Virus record (IMG/VR): IMGVR_UViG_3300018080_000014
Coordinates: 24,647-88,646 of that record
Length of the DNA stretch: 64,000 nt
Strand: one strand, 5' to 3'
DNA from: a virus
The notes beneath the pieces were generated by a model. The model worked only from the letters and a program-made list of their open reading frames with translations, had not been told where the DNA came from and did no database searches. Below are positions 19,719 to 28,872 of the stretch, in pieces. The first letter of the stretch is position 1, and every line of letters begins with the position of its first letter. The position numbers and the translations under genes are program-made.

Positions 19719-21544
19719 GCAAGTCTTGTTGCCAGAGATACAAATGGCTTCTTTCTACACGCCCAGTACGCCAGCGCATGGGCGATTACCCTGTCATCGT
19801 GTGCCGATTGGGTCCCGTACTTTGGTTTCTTGCTTTCCGTTATGTCGTAACCGAACTTGAGCATTTCATCCCAAAAGTCCCTTACCTCTGGAAGATCATA
19901 CTGTGGTATGGCGATGTCGCCTCTTTTGGTATATCCTTCCACGAGATTGTCCACGAGATCAATCTTGGATTGCGTGTCGAAGATGAATCCCTTGTGTCTC
20001 TTCTTGGAATACAACCCGGTGCTCTTGTCCGGCTTGTTATCGAATATTTTCGTTCGCAGGCGCTCCCCGGGTGGCATCCTTACCTCGATCTCGTCTATCC
20101 TGCCGTTCGGTTTCGCTACCTGTATTACTATGCGACCAAGCCTTTTAAGTATTTGCAGATCATTCCACATATCATCCATGACAGGATCTCCTACTCCCGT
20201 GGCATCAGGGACAATCCATACTGGATTAAACAATGCGACTACTTGTAAAAACTTTGGTCGTATGTCAACGTAATCGAGATTGCTATATTGTCCACCAATG
20301 GTGAACATGTAATCCCACAACGCTTTTTCTTGTTTCCAGTCATAATGCATCACGTTAAGGGCGCTAGCATCATGCGTCTTGCCAAAATCCATGCCTATGA
20401 CGTAGTTCTTGATATTCTTTCTCGGGCTTGGCACGTTGTTGAGACCCATCATCACCGCGCGCTCCAGTAGTTCCATGCTGAACACGGCGGAACCTTCCTT
20501 GATGATTTCGCCAAGAATCTCCTGCCTTGCTTTTGGAGTATTGCCGGCAAGCCACAACTCGTACTCGATTTCTTCACGCGTCTTCCACGAGCAGGTCCAC
20601 GGATCGACTGGAACTACAGTGATAGCCCCGACACCATACATCCACCTGTTCCCGCCGCAGACGGGACAGTTTGGTAACTTCATTGGTAGAGCATGTGTGC
20701 CAAACTTGGTGATGAACTGGCGCATGAGTTGTGATTCCTGCTTGAATGTTGCTTGGCATACTTTGCCGTTCACGACGTTTGCGCATACTATCGGGCGAGT
20801 TTCCATGCCCATGGTATAGTGCCTGATGAATTCCCCACGATAACCAGCAGGGGTAGAAAGTAGAATCCAGCGTTTTCCGACACGCCTGAATGTTTTCAGC
20901 ACGACATCAGTCATGATCTCCTCATCTATCCACGCGGCTTCGTCCACCAGCCCGAGGTGCAGTGAACGGCCACGGACGCCTCTCGACGCAGGGTAAGCAG
21001 TGGCGGTGACCCGGCCGCCAGATTTTATTATTTTTGTAACATTGCTGGACTCTACCATGTAGCCAAATGGTGAGTTTTCGACAAAGATTTTTATCTTGTC
21101 CATTATTTCCTTGGCACCATCCTCGTTGATGGAGAACGTGCCAATGCGGTATCGCTTGTTCATGAAGATGAACGCGCATGCTGCTGCTATTGCCACGGCA
21201 GTGGTCTTGCCAAACTGGCGAGGCCATATCATCACGATCTCTTTCGGGCGGTCACCTTCTGGTATTACCCACGGGTACTGGTAAATATTGTACCCGAATT
21301 GTATGGAACGGATTGCCGCTTTCTGTGATTCTTCAAGGACGAGGGGCATGTCCTCGTCTTCCGGGTTTGGCAGCCAGTATTCTGCAAAAGATGCCCAGTC
21401 GAACAACGATTGTTGGAACTTTATGAATTCTGTTTCATCCTTTTCCGGGTCTATGCCCATCGTCTCGAATTGTTCCCATAAGAACTTGGTGTCACATCCA
21501 GATGATATGTCTCCTCCACCCATTCCAGCAGGCACTGCGCTCAT
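19715..21544 (-). CDS. terL: Terminase large subunit
   Basis: Walker A PRQFGKTT, Walker B VRGRSLHLGLVDEAA, motif III LSTP, nuclease GMDFG, DATGVG, HDDRVIA. Confidence 0.95.
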   Translation of the reverse strand: MSAVPAGMGGGDISSGCDTKFLWEQFETMGIDPEKDETEFIKFQQSLFDWASFAEYWLPNPEDEDMPLVLEESQKAAIRSIQFGYNIYQYPWVIPEGDRPKEIVMIWPRQFGKTTAVAIAAACAFIFMNKRYRIGTFSINEDGAKEIMDKIKIFVENSPFGYMVESSNVTKIIKSGGRVTATAYPASRGVRGRSLHLGLVDEAAWIDEEIMTDVVLKTFRRVGKRWILLSTPAGYRGEFIRHYTMGMETRPIVCANVVNGKVCQATFKQESQLMRQFITKFGTHALPMKLPNCPVCGGNRWMYGVGAITVVPVDPWTCSWKTREEIEYELWLAGNTPKARQEILGEIIKEGSAVFSMELLERAVMMGLNNVPSPRKNIKNYVIGMDFGKTHDASALNVMHYDWKQEKALWDYMFTIGGQYSNLDYVDIRPKFLQVVALFNPVWIVPDATGVGDPVMDDMWNDLQILKRLGRIVIQVAKPNGRIDEIEVRMPPGERLRTKIFDNKPDKSTGLYSKKRHKGFIFDTQSKIDLVDNLVEGYTKRGDIAIPQYDLPEVRDFWDEMLKFGYDITESKKPKYGTQSAHDDRVIAHALAYWACRKKPFVSLATRLA

Positions 21545-22092
21545 TCAACCACCTCTACTTCCTCGAGCGCAAGCCGCTTTGCCTGCATCTCCTTGAGGAA
21601 CTGTATCTTGAAATCCTCCGACACGTCCTGCCTGCTTTCCATGATCATTTGCACGACCTGCAATTTCGTGATGTGTACCTTGTCCTGCTCGGGTTCCGTC
21701 ATCTTGTGGAGGTCATTCAGCTGTTCTGACATCTGCTTGAGGTAGCCCAAGAGTTGTGGGTGGGGTTTTCCAGGCGCGCCGTGATCGTACAACTCCACTG
21801 CGACACTCTTGGTCACCATGTACAGGAGATTTTTTTCACGTATGGTGTCTATCGGTGCATGGAATGCGATGTCGAGGTCAACAGGCACGAAATTGACCAT
21901 TTTTGACGATTTTTCGTCATTTTCGGACAATTCCGCGCTGGTTGCCTCTTCCATTGCTTCTTCCCCGGAAATTTCGAGTATTTTCGACTCTTCCGCGTGT
22001 AACTGGTCGAGAATCCTTTCGGTTTCCTTTGGATGGAGTTCGACTTCATCCAAGTGTGGTATCTTGACCTTTACCCTATGCTTTGTATACAC
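21541..22092 (-). CDS. Putative terminase small subunit
   Basis: Helical 183 aa coupled immediately upstream of TerL. Confidence 0.5.
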   Translation of the reverse strand: MYTKHRVKVKIPHLDEVELHPKETERILDQLHAEESKILEISGEEAMEEATSAELSENDEKSSKMVNFVPVDLDIAFHAPIDTIREKNLLYMVTKSVAVELYDHGAPGKPHPQLLGYLKQMSEQLNDLHKMTEPEQDKVHITKLQVVQMIMESRQDVSEDFKIQFLKEMQAKRLALEEVEVVE

Positions 22093-22097
22093 CGTGT

Positions 22098-23069
22098 CTA
22101 CACCATGGTAATGTTTGCCGTGTCATCGTATACCCATTCGTAAATATCCGATCGTATGCGGAACTTCGTCTGCCCTGCCTGAGAAGGGAGATTGCCACTA
22201 TAAGAGCCCGTGTTTGGAACTGATGTGTGGTGGGGAATCCACTCTCCTTCTCTCAGGTACAGGATGCTGACGGTGGAATTGTCGAGCCAGCTTGCAGCTA
22301 TGGAGTTGATGTGGAGATTTTGGACACCACCACCCGATGCGAGGAAGGAGATGTACTTGAGGTTGACTGCCGATTGTGTATATATGCCGGAATACACTTG
22401 CTCGTCGTTGATCTTGATGGTGACGTTTCCTGCTGGTTCGTCAAAGATGACCTTGTACGTGACGCCGTGTGGCATGCCACCAACATCTTTTTGCCAGACG
22501 GGGTTAGACCCGGCTCCGAAGACACTGTACCGGATGTAATTGCCCGAGAAGGAGAACCACCCGTAGTGGGCAATGCCTGGTGTTGGTAGCACGTAATCGG
22601 TGAATATGACGGTGAACAGGCCCGTGTGGTCCGATTGGAAATCGATGTCCATCGTGACAGTGGAGTCTTCCTCGAAATCCGATTGTGATGGAAATGCGAA
22701 TACTTTTTCCACGTCCAGGGCACTGTATCGCGCGAACCACCCGTAGCCGTTGTAGAAGACCGCACCTGCGGTGGTATTGTCGGATTGATCGTTTGGTCCT
22801 GCTGCCCAACTTGGCGAGTTCTCCAGCGGGGTGTTGTTATCGTATCCTTCAAAGTCTTCCGTGACGCCCGATCCTATTCCAACCGATTGCCATGCCCAAG
22901 AGAAGGGTATACCAGTAGAGTACTGCTTGGGCTCGTTGGTAGGTGGGTTGGTGAATTCGACCCAGCGCACGGTTTGTTCGGGGATACCATTTTCACGATC
23001 CACGGCGAACTTGCGAAGGAAAGCTGCTGAATGTTTGAATGGTTGCGCGAATATTTTCGGAATGGTCAC
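22098..23069 (-). CDS. Beta-sandwich (LamG/lectin-like) virion accessory protein
   Basis: EDFEGY start of domain; aromatic, Gly/Ser-rich; YKVIFD...VTIKIND..V pattern. Confidence 0.5.
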   Translation of the reverse strand: MTIPKIFAQPFKHSAAFLRKFAVDRENGIPEQTVRWVEFTNPPTNEPKQYSTGIPFSWAWQSVGIGSGVTEDFEGYDNNTPLENSPSWAAGPNDQSDNTTAGAVFYNGYGWFARYSALDVEKVFAFPSQSDFEEDSTVTMDIDFQSDHTGLFTVIFTDYVLPTPGIAHYGWFSFSGNYIRYSVFGAGSNPVWQKDVGGMPHGVTYKVIFDEPAGNVTIKINDEQVYSGIYTQSAVNLKYISFLASGGGVQNLHINSIAASWLDNSTVSILYLREGEWIPHHTSVPNTGSYSGNLPSQAGQTKFRIRSDIYEWVYDDTANITMV

Positions 23070-23419
23070 TCACCAACGTAGCATTCGACTTCGACACTTG
23101 CCGGATCGGTATCGGCAGTGTGGACACCAACCAGCGAGTCAACCTTGCAGCGCGCTCCCCATGGCAGTTGCGACGTTATTGTTCTGCCGAGCGATGGGTT
23201 GTTTGGCATGTTGTTCAGGGACACGCGAATCGAGGAATCCGTTACCACCTCCACTTCCACAGTCACGATCTGCTTGTCGCCAAAATACGCGGAGGCTTCC
23301 GCGAGGAGATCAACGGGCGTCGAGGATACCGAGTAGCGGGCGAAATGATATGATTTGCCGTCAAGGGGGATTGAGGCGTTCTTGACGGGATGGACGAGAT
23401 TTGCCATGGGTGGATACAC
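23066..23419 (-). CDS. Hypothetical small beta-rich protein, first gene of the late operon
   Basis: TATA-like TTTAAAT at ~23431-23437 upstream; coupled to the next gene. Confidence 0.55.
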   Translation of the reverse strand: MYPPMANLVHPVKNASIPLDGKSYHFARYSVSSTPVDLLAEASAYFGDKQIVTVEVEVVTDSSIRVSLNNMPNNPSLGRTITSQLPWGARCKVDSLVGVHTADTDPASVEVECYVGE

Positions 23420-23547
23420 GCCGGCCGCCTATTTAAACTTTTCGACACTTATCCACGGCACGCGCGGGTTGGGGGGGGACTAACATGCCCTGGCGTCAAA
23501 AAGTAATTCTTTTGTCTAAATTTCGCGGAAAAAGAAAAAGAGTGAGT

Positions 23548-23847
23548 TTAGTGAAAGATCGGGAGACGCTTGTTAACACAAGTCTCAAGATCACAAAAAG
23601 AATCGTTAGAATTGTCGTCAGTGAGGAGTATGTAGTAGTACGAGTAGATCTCATCAAATCTGAAGCTCTGACAGTGATTCTTGTAGAGATCTAGGATAGA
23701 TTCGACAGAAGCTGTAGCTCCTCGGGCGTTGTTAATACGTTCGTTATCAACGCGGATTACAATGACGTCGTACTCGCTATCGTAGTGCGTTTTCACGACT
23801 TGACTATGAAAGTGCAAATTGTAGAAGTTTTTGTGTTCGGGATGCAT
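23548..23847 (-). CDS. Hypothetical protein in CCA-free island (Trp-free)
   Basis: GGTGA SD then ATG at 23847 (MHPEHKNF...). Confidence 0.6.
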   Translation of the reverse strand: MHPEHKNFYNLHFHSQVVKTHYDSEYDVIVIRVDNERINNARGATASVESILDLYKNHCQSFRFDEIYSYYYILLTDDNSNDSFCDLETCVNKRLPIFH

Positions 23848-23857
23848 ATTTTTCACC

Positions 23858-23896
23858 TTTTTTGAAAAAAAATAAAAAATGTGAGCGAAAGCTCAC
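23858..23896 (-). terminator. Hairpin plus U-tract
   Basis: GTGAGC-GAAA-GCTCAC hairpin at 23881-23896 followed on the minus strand by ATTTTTATTTTTTT. Confidence 0.55.
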
Positions 23897-24819
23897 TGAT
23901 ACTCAGCTAGCTGAGCGAGGTACTTCTCGTGATACTCAGCTTTGTGAGAAATAATGTCCTTGACGAGGTTCTCGTAGTACGAGAAGCCTCCGCGCTTCAG
24001 AGCCTTTTGATCAAGCTTCTTGATTTTCTCCTCGATCTTCTTTGAACCTAGCTCGCTCAAAATAGCGACACGAGCGGGTTTCTGAGCCTCGTCGAAGAGA
24101 AATCGTGTCGATTTCATAACGTTCAATAACGCGGCGATCCCGTTCATTTTTTTCTCTTTGAGGTAGAAATCTGCAAAGAGATAGAAGAGCTCGTTAAAAT
24201 CATCACCTCCCGCTAGGAACGGGTTGATCGAGGCTAACCCGTCGCTTGAAGCGAGCTTCTTTTTCTGTTCCTCTAATTTCGCTATGTTATCTTTGATTTT
24301 CTCGCTCGGCTTTTTCTCCGCGAGCTTCTCCTGCATCTTCTTGAGAAGATCTGTATCTTTTTTCTCAGCTACCTCAATTGTGAGCTGCATTAGCTCACTG
24401 AGGTGTTTCTCATCTAATTTCTCAGCTTTCTTTAAAGAATCTTGAAGCTTCTTGATTTTCTCGTCGATCTTGTCGATCTTCTTCGCGGTTTCCTCGTCAT
24501 GTGCAACTAGGACGAGCTTCACAGCTCTAAAGAGGAGCCTTTCGTAGTCAGTCACTATTGTGACGTACCCCTTCTTTAAAGCGGGTTCTACGTGAGCTAG
24601 CGCTAGTATTTCAAGCGTTGAAGCTACAGAATCCGCGATTTCTTTCTTGTCCTCGCTCGTGAAAAGCTTGACAAGATTCTCGTTGAACACGTTGATGTTC
24701 GATATGTCAACGTGATTCTTCTTTGAATCAAGAGCGCTCTTGAAGTCCTCAGAGCTGATCTTGTATAGATCTTCAACGTGATTGAAGATCTTTTTCGTCT
24801 TTTTGTTTTTTTTCGACAT
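23893..24819 (-). CDS. Lys/Glu-rich coiled-coil protein in CCA-free island (no Trp, no Cys)
   Basis: Probable start MSKKNKK at 24819 after GAGGT; alternative leaderless start at 24927. Confidence 0.7.
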   Translation of the reverse strand: MSKKNKKTKKIFNHVEDLYKISSEDFKSALDSKKNHVDISNINVFNENLVKLFTSEDKKEIADSVASTLEILALAHVEPALKKGYVTIVTDYERLLFRAVKLVLVAHDEETAKKIDKIDEKIKKLQDSLKKAEKLDEKHLSELMQLTIEVAEKKDTDLLKKMQEKLAEKKPSEKIKDNIAKLEEQKKKLASSDGLASINPFLAGGDDFNELFYLFADFYLKEKKMNGIAALLNVMKSTRFLFDEAQKPARVAILSELGSKKIEEKIKKLDQKALKRGGFSYYENLVKDIISHKAEYHEKYLAQLAEYQ

Positions 24820-24945
24820 TTCAGTTGTAACCTCTTGTTTTTGTGAGGTATGAGCGAGATCTCTTGTTTCCTCTAAGTACAGACGTTCCCGAATGACTCC
24901 GAGGCGATTTCTAGCGTTCCCGCTCATACGTACAAGTAGTAGAGA

Positions 24946-24968
24946 CGACTTATAAACCTTGGCTAGCG
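24946..24968 (-). promoter_or_regulatory. Archaeal TATA promoter for the island operon
   Basis: Minus strand AAGGTTTATAAG ~22 nt upstream of 24927; leader closes via GTATGAGCG/CGCTCATAC. Confidence 0.55.
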
Positions 24969-25075
24969 TTTCCGCGGTTCTAGCGAACGTACACGAGTGT
25001 TTTAGACATAGGCGTACAAGAGATTAAAGAGGAGCCTCTAAAACGTGCACCAGATGCATTTAGAGGCGCCCTGGC

Positions 25076-25150
25076 GAGGAGAATGAAGCCAGCTATGAGA
25101 TCTTCAAATACGAGATCTCAGAGGAGAATGACGCCCGTGATGAGATCTTC
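25076..25150. repeat. Imperfect 30-bp direct repeat, 45-bp period
   Basis: GAGGAGAATGA.GCC....ATGAGATCTTC at 25076 and 25121. Confidence 0.75.
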
Positions 25151-25197
25151 GTTCTAGCTCGCCCGTTTAACGAGGTCTCAGAATGACTGATCTCGGA

Positions 25198-25354
25198 CTT
25201 ATTTTTCATAAGCTGGTGACTTATGAGATATAAGCCTATATTTCATAAGTGGATCGCTTATGTCAAATAAGCTTATACTGGATAAGTAAAAATCGATTCC
25301 GGCTTTTGAGATATAAGCTTATATCGGATAAGCGATCAGCTTATACTGGATAAG
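25198..25354. repeat. Array of eight 15-bp palindromic boxes CTTAT-N5-ATAAG
   Basis: Starts at 25198, 25220, 25235, 25257, 25272, 25303, 25318, 25340 (two with one mismatch); a ninth near-copy at 26059. Confidence 0.9.
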
Positions 25355-26087
25355 CGTAACATATCGACCGGTATCGATATGAAAATCCATGCCGGAGCGC
25401 CATGGCCGGAATGTTGAGCGCCAGCATATCCTATGCCGGATCGCTTGGATCCATTCCTGTATCCAGTGCCCACGCCGGAGAGTGGGATATGCACATGCCG
25501 GAACCCACGTGCCGGTATCATTTTCCAGCATCCTCCTTCCCGTGCCGGCCCATGGCATCTCCCGTGCCAATGCACGATCCGGCAGGGTGTTACTACACCG
25601 GCATACCCCACCACCATATCCCACGCACGCCAATTCTTTTGCCGGCCAGTCAATGTGTGCGCGCCGGATCGAAAAAAATGAGTTTGGACATAAACAGCCG
25701 GCTGGCTTTCAGGAGTTTCATGCCAAACAGGCTACTCCGTTAAAACCATTGGCGGCCCCGGCCATGGCTTTAATAAAACAACACATCCAGCAAGCGCTCC
25801 AGTAAACAGCCTAAACAGCGCCAGAAACAAATGAAACGCATGTTCGGACGCTTGCTCCGGGGTCCCCACCTAACAACTTAGGTAAACAGCCGGCACGAAA
25901 CTTAGGGGATTTCCGAAGCCGTTTCCCGGGATCTCGGTATAACCCTGCCGGGTGGGGACGCGGATCTGGCCCAGCTACTAGGATCATGTTCGGAGGTCAG
26001 CACGAAATGCCATTAATAAATAATTAAATAAAGGATATTTTAAACCTTCTCCGAAGTAGTTATACTGGATAAGTCAGATCACATGCA

Positions 26088-26105
26088 CCAGCGTAAAGTT
26101 TAAAT
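26088..26105 (+). promoter_or_regulatory. Conserved early promoter (extended BRE+TATA)
   Basis: CCAGCGTAAAGTTTAAAT; near-identical copies elsewhere. Confidence 0.75.
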
Positions 26106-26191
26106 GTAATGCTTCATTCCAGTATATCATGAGAAAAGGCTACGCTTGTAGGATCGCCGTTTTCTCTAAACCAGTTTAAAGATGATGATTC

Positions 26192-26935
26192 ATGCCAACG
26201 CTAGATGAAATAGTCAATGCGATGTTGGAAATCAACAATTCCGACGACAAGGAGAAAATCCTCCGCCAGTACACTCAACAACTGATGGCGGAGGCTCAAT
26301 CCAAAGCGAAATCAAAAACCTCCCGGAAACGGCCGCGAAGATCCAAGACCGTTCCCTACAATCCAGTCACGGACGACCCGTTCCCGAAAGTACTCGAGGA
26401 CGAGGAAGTCCGGCCGTACATCGTCCGCACCACCGTCACGATAAACGGCAAGAAGAAGCTCGTCGAAACGGCGGACGAATGGGGTGAATCCAGATTACCC
26501 TGTCCGTTCTGCGAGGAGTTGCACACGGAGTACGATCGGGTGCAAATACATGGCTTGAAATACCGCTGTCGGCGCTGCGGGTATACAGCCGCGCTCCTCA
26601 CCGCCCCCTGTGGTTGTGTCGGGTTGGAGAAATTCGACATGACCAGAAAAATAATCCATAACGAGGAGAAAGTTGTCCTCGTCGGCCAGAGAACGGGATA
26701 CTGCATTATCCAGCACCATGTTCCACCCGGCCTCGGGCTCGACCGGTATCACAACGAGGATAACCCACCAGACATCACTGGCAAGCCGTACCGCGAGAAG
26801 TCCAACTTTCTCGTGCCGAACGAGCTGCCGAAAATCATGTTCTTCGCACCGTTCAATTCCTCCCGCAGGAATCTCCGCGTGCAACCAGTCTTGTTATTCA
26901 ACAATCCAAAACAACATTCCAACGTGATCCTATAA
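26192..26935 (+). CDS. Hypothetical protein with Zn ribbon
   Basis: CPFC...CRRC; first ORF after the promoter. Confidence 0.65.
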   Translation: MPTLDEIVNAMLEINNSDDKEKILRQYTQQLMAEAQSKAKSKTSRKRPRRSKTVPYNPVTDDPFPKVLEDEEVRPYIVRTTVTINGKKKLVETADEWGESRLPCPFCEELHTEYDRVQIHGLKYRCRRCGYTAALLTAPCGCVGLEKFDMTRKIIHNEEKVVLVGQRTGYCIIQHHVPPGLGLDRYHNEDNPPDITGKPYREKSNFLVPNELPKIMFFAPFNSSRRNLRVQPVLLFNNPKQHSNVIL

Positions 26936-27501
26936 TGTGTCTAACAAACCGGTTAAATCCCGACCGCACGTGCGCCATGTGCGGTAAAATCGGAAACATG
27001 CGCCCGTTCTCTGACTGGTGCATGGAATGTGAACTCGCCGTTCTACACGACGATTGTTCACTGGTAGAATGCATCCACCACTCCAATCCAAGAGAATGCA
27101 TGCACTACCAACTCGTCCCCGACGAGCACACCAGAATCACCGAGCCTCACCAGTGCCCCAAGTACCGGGCCTGCAAGCTCGACTGGTGTCTCTATCACGG
27201 TGATCCAGACTGCAAGTGCCGACATCTTGCAATCGGCACCAACCCGTTCAGGTGCAACGTGCACGTGAACGGCAAGCTAGTCTACATGCCAACACTGTCA
27301 TGCCTGTGTCCATCATGTAGCCTCTCCTACCCGTCCCTTCTCGGGCACCGCGCCGGCTGCGGGTACGTGTTTCGATGCCACAACTGTGGCCGCGAAATAA
27401 CTCTCCACCTCGGCCGCCCGTGCTACGCCGACGGGTGCAACAACCCTCCGCTGCATGACAGCGATTACTGTCCAGACCACGACGAGAGGTTCTGGACATG
27501 A
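26935..27501 (+). CDS. Cys/His-rich multi-Zn-finger protein
   Basis: About 20 Cys; coupled start/stop. Confidence 0.6.
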   Translation: MCLTNRLNPDRTCAMCGKIGNMRPFSDWCMECELAVLHDDCSLVECIHHSNPRECMHYQLVPDEHTRITEPHQCPKYRACKLDWCLYHGDPDCKCRHLAIGTNPFRCNVHVNGKLVYMPTLSCLCPSCSLSYPSLLGHRAGCGYVFRCHNCGREITLHLGRPCYADGCNNPPLHDSDYCPDHDERFWT

Positions 27502-27641
27502 GAAAATGGTGCAAGGGGTGCAAGAAATTCCAGCACCACGTCAAGCCCAAGTTGGTTGCCGACGACTGGGATACATCCGGCAACCCGCTTCACTTTGTTT
27601 CCATCCCACTGTGCCGCCGTTGTAGGAGGAGAATCCGATGA
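27498..27641 (+). CDS. Zn-finger microprotein (47 aa)
   Basis: MRKWCKGC...LCRRC; ATGA overlaps; not in ORF track. Confidence 0.55.
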   Translation: MRKWCKGCKKFQHHVKPKLVADDWDTSGNPLHFVSIPLCRRCRRRIR

Positions 27642-27790
27642 TAAGTGGTTCCGTGAACCAGATCCAGTGTTACACGTGCGGCCGCGTGCCAGACACGACG
27701 TACCGTGACACCGACGGTACGCTCTGGTGGTGGTGTCGGCGCTGCAATATCCTCACCGAACCGGTCCACGTCGAACACTTCCAATTCTGA
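27638..27790 (+). CDS. Zn-finger microprotein (50 aa)
   Basis: CYTC...WWWCRRC; ATGA overlap. Confidence 0.55.
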   Translation: MISGSVNQIQCYTCGRVPDTTYRDTDGTLWWWCRRCNILTEPVHVEHFQF

Positions 27791-27847
27791 TCGCGCCTAA
27801 GAGGTGGAGCCATACTCCATCTCAGGCATAGCCCACCAGCATTATAG

Positions 27848-28450
27848 GTGGCACACACAGAGTTGACTACCATGTATGTTAAAATGCAAATTAGCCAGCA
27901 GCTGTACAACGCACTCTACGCCAGTGCGTTCAGGTACATCCGGGGAGAATTCCCGGAGCAGTTCCCCGTGTACGCCGGGGAAAACAACCATTTCGGGGCC
28001 TATTTTACCTCAGGCCCCGGCGTGGACAACAACGGCCTGTGGGCCGAGTACTCGTGCACCAATTTCGTAGAAATTGTTGCCTGCACGGGTAACAGTTGGA
28101 CGCTCACGTGGTTCGATCACGAGGAGCCAACACTTGAATACCGGGGAAGTAGGGCCGGTTTCCACTCGTTCAATCCGTGGCGATACTCGGGCTACAACCT
28201 CGAGTGGCTCCAGAACGGGCTCCGCGTGAGCCCGTGGCGTGAAATCGAAGAGGACCATCCCGACACGTTCCGGTTCCCCATCACCGTGGTGGAGTACGAG
28301 ACCTCCACACCTCCGGAATGGGGCATCGAGTGGTTCCAAGACGTCGTTTACGACGTGGTGGCATTCCCAACCCCGGAGAAAATGTTCCGGTGGAAGGGGG
28401 CCTACCCTTCCATCCGGAAGTATCCGGATGGTAAGATGGTGGTATGGTGA
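27848..28450 (+). CDS. Hypothetical aromatic-rich protein
   Basis: 200-aa ORF in operon orientation. Confidence 0.6.
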   Translation: MAHTELTTMYVKMQISQQLYNALYASAFRYIRGEFPEQFPVYAGENNHFGAYFTSGPGVDNNGLWAEYSCTNFVEIVACTGNSWTLTWFDHEEPTLEYRGSRAGFHSFNPWRYSGYNLEWLQNGLRVSPWREIEEDHPDTFRFPITVVEYETSTPPEWGIEWFQDVVYDVVAFPTPEKMFRWKGAYPSIRKYPDGKMVVW

Positions 28451-28620
28451 TGCCATTCACCTGCACCAAGTGCGGCAGCGAGGTCTCCTGCATTTACCCC
28501 GGAGATCTCTGCTGGACCTGTCACTGCAAAGAGGAAACCGCTCCACCAGCAAACAGGGTGGTATCGAAGCGCCGGGCACGGGCTCGGCACGCCCGTCTTC
28601 AACACATCCGGAGAATGTAA
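28450..28620 (+). CDS. Zn-finger microprotein with basic tail (56 aa)
   Basis: MPFTCTKC...CWTC; TGATG overlap. Confidence 0.55.
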   Translation: MPFTCTKCGSEVSCIYPGDLCWTCHCKEETAPPANRVVSKRRARARHARLQHIRRM

Positions 28621-28629
28621 ACACGCACA

Positions 28630-28648
28630 CCAGCGTAAACTTTAAATA
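28630..28648 (+). promoter_or_regulatory. Conserved early promoter
   Basis: CCAGCGTAAACTTTAAATA. Confidence 0.75.
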
Positions 28649-28719
28649 CTTTCTTTCTTTCCATTTACGTGGAGCGAAGAGTACGTCTCGCTCCTCGATC
28701 CAGATTACGGTGAAATATC

Positions 28720-28872
28720 ATGAACTTTTGGAAACTAATTCGGAAAAAGGAATTCTGCCGCCATTGTGAAATAGTTGACGGGAAAACGGTCGAGCTCGTA
28801 CCAGACCGGTGGGGTTACTCCTGTCCCGAGTGCGGCATCGATTACCTAAAAAACGGTGACCTAGCATGCTGA
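28720..28872 (+). CDS. Zn-ribbon microprotein (50 aa)
   Basis: GGTGA SD; CRHC...CPECG. Confidence 0.6.
   Translation: MNFWKLIRKKEFCRHCEIVDGKTVELVPDRWGYSCPECGIDYLKNGDLAC

Noticed and set aside
25198-25354. Possible mini-CRISPR array
   Set aside because: Units are 15 bp with 0-16-bp gaps, too short for repeat-spacer structure; no cas genes.
25319-25805. Several overlapping 80-140-aa ORFs
   Set aside because: Low-complexity products of the CCGG-rich tract on both strands; no SD, coupling or motifs.
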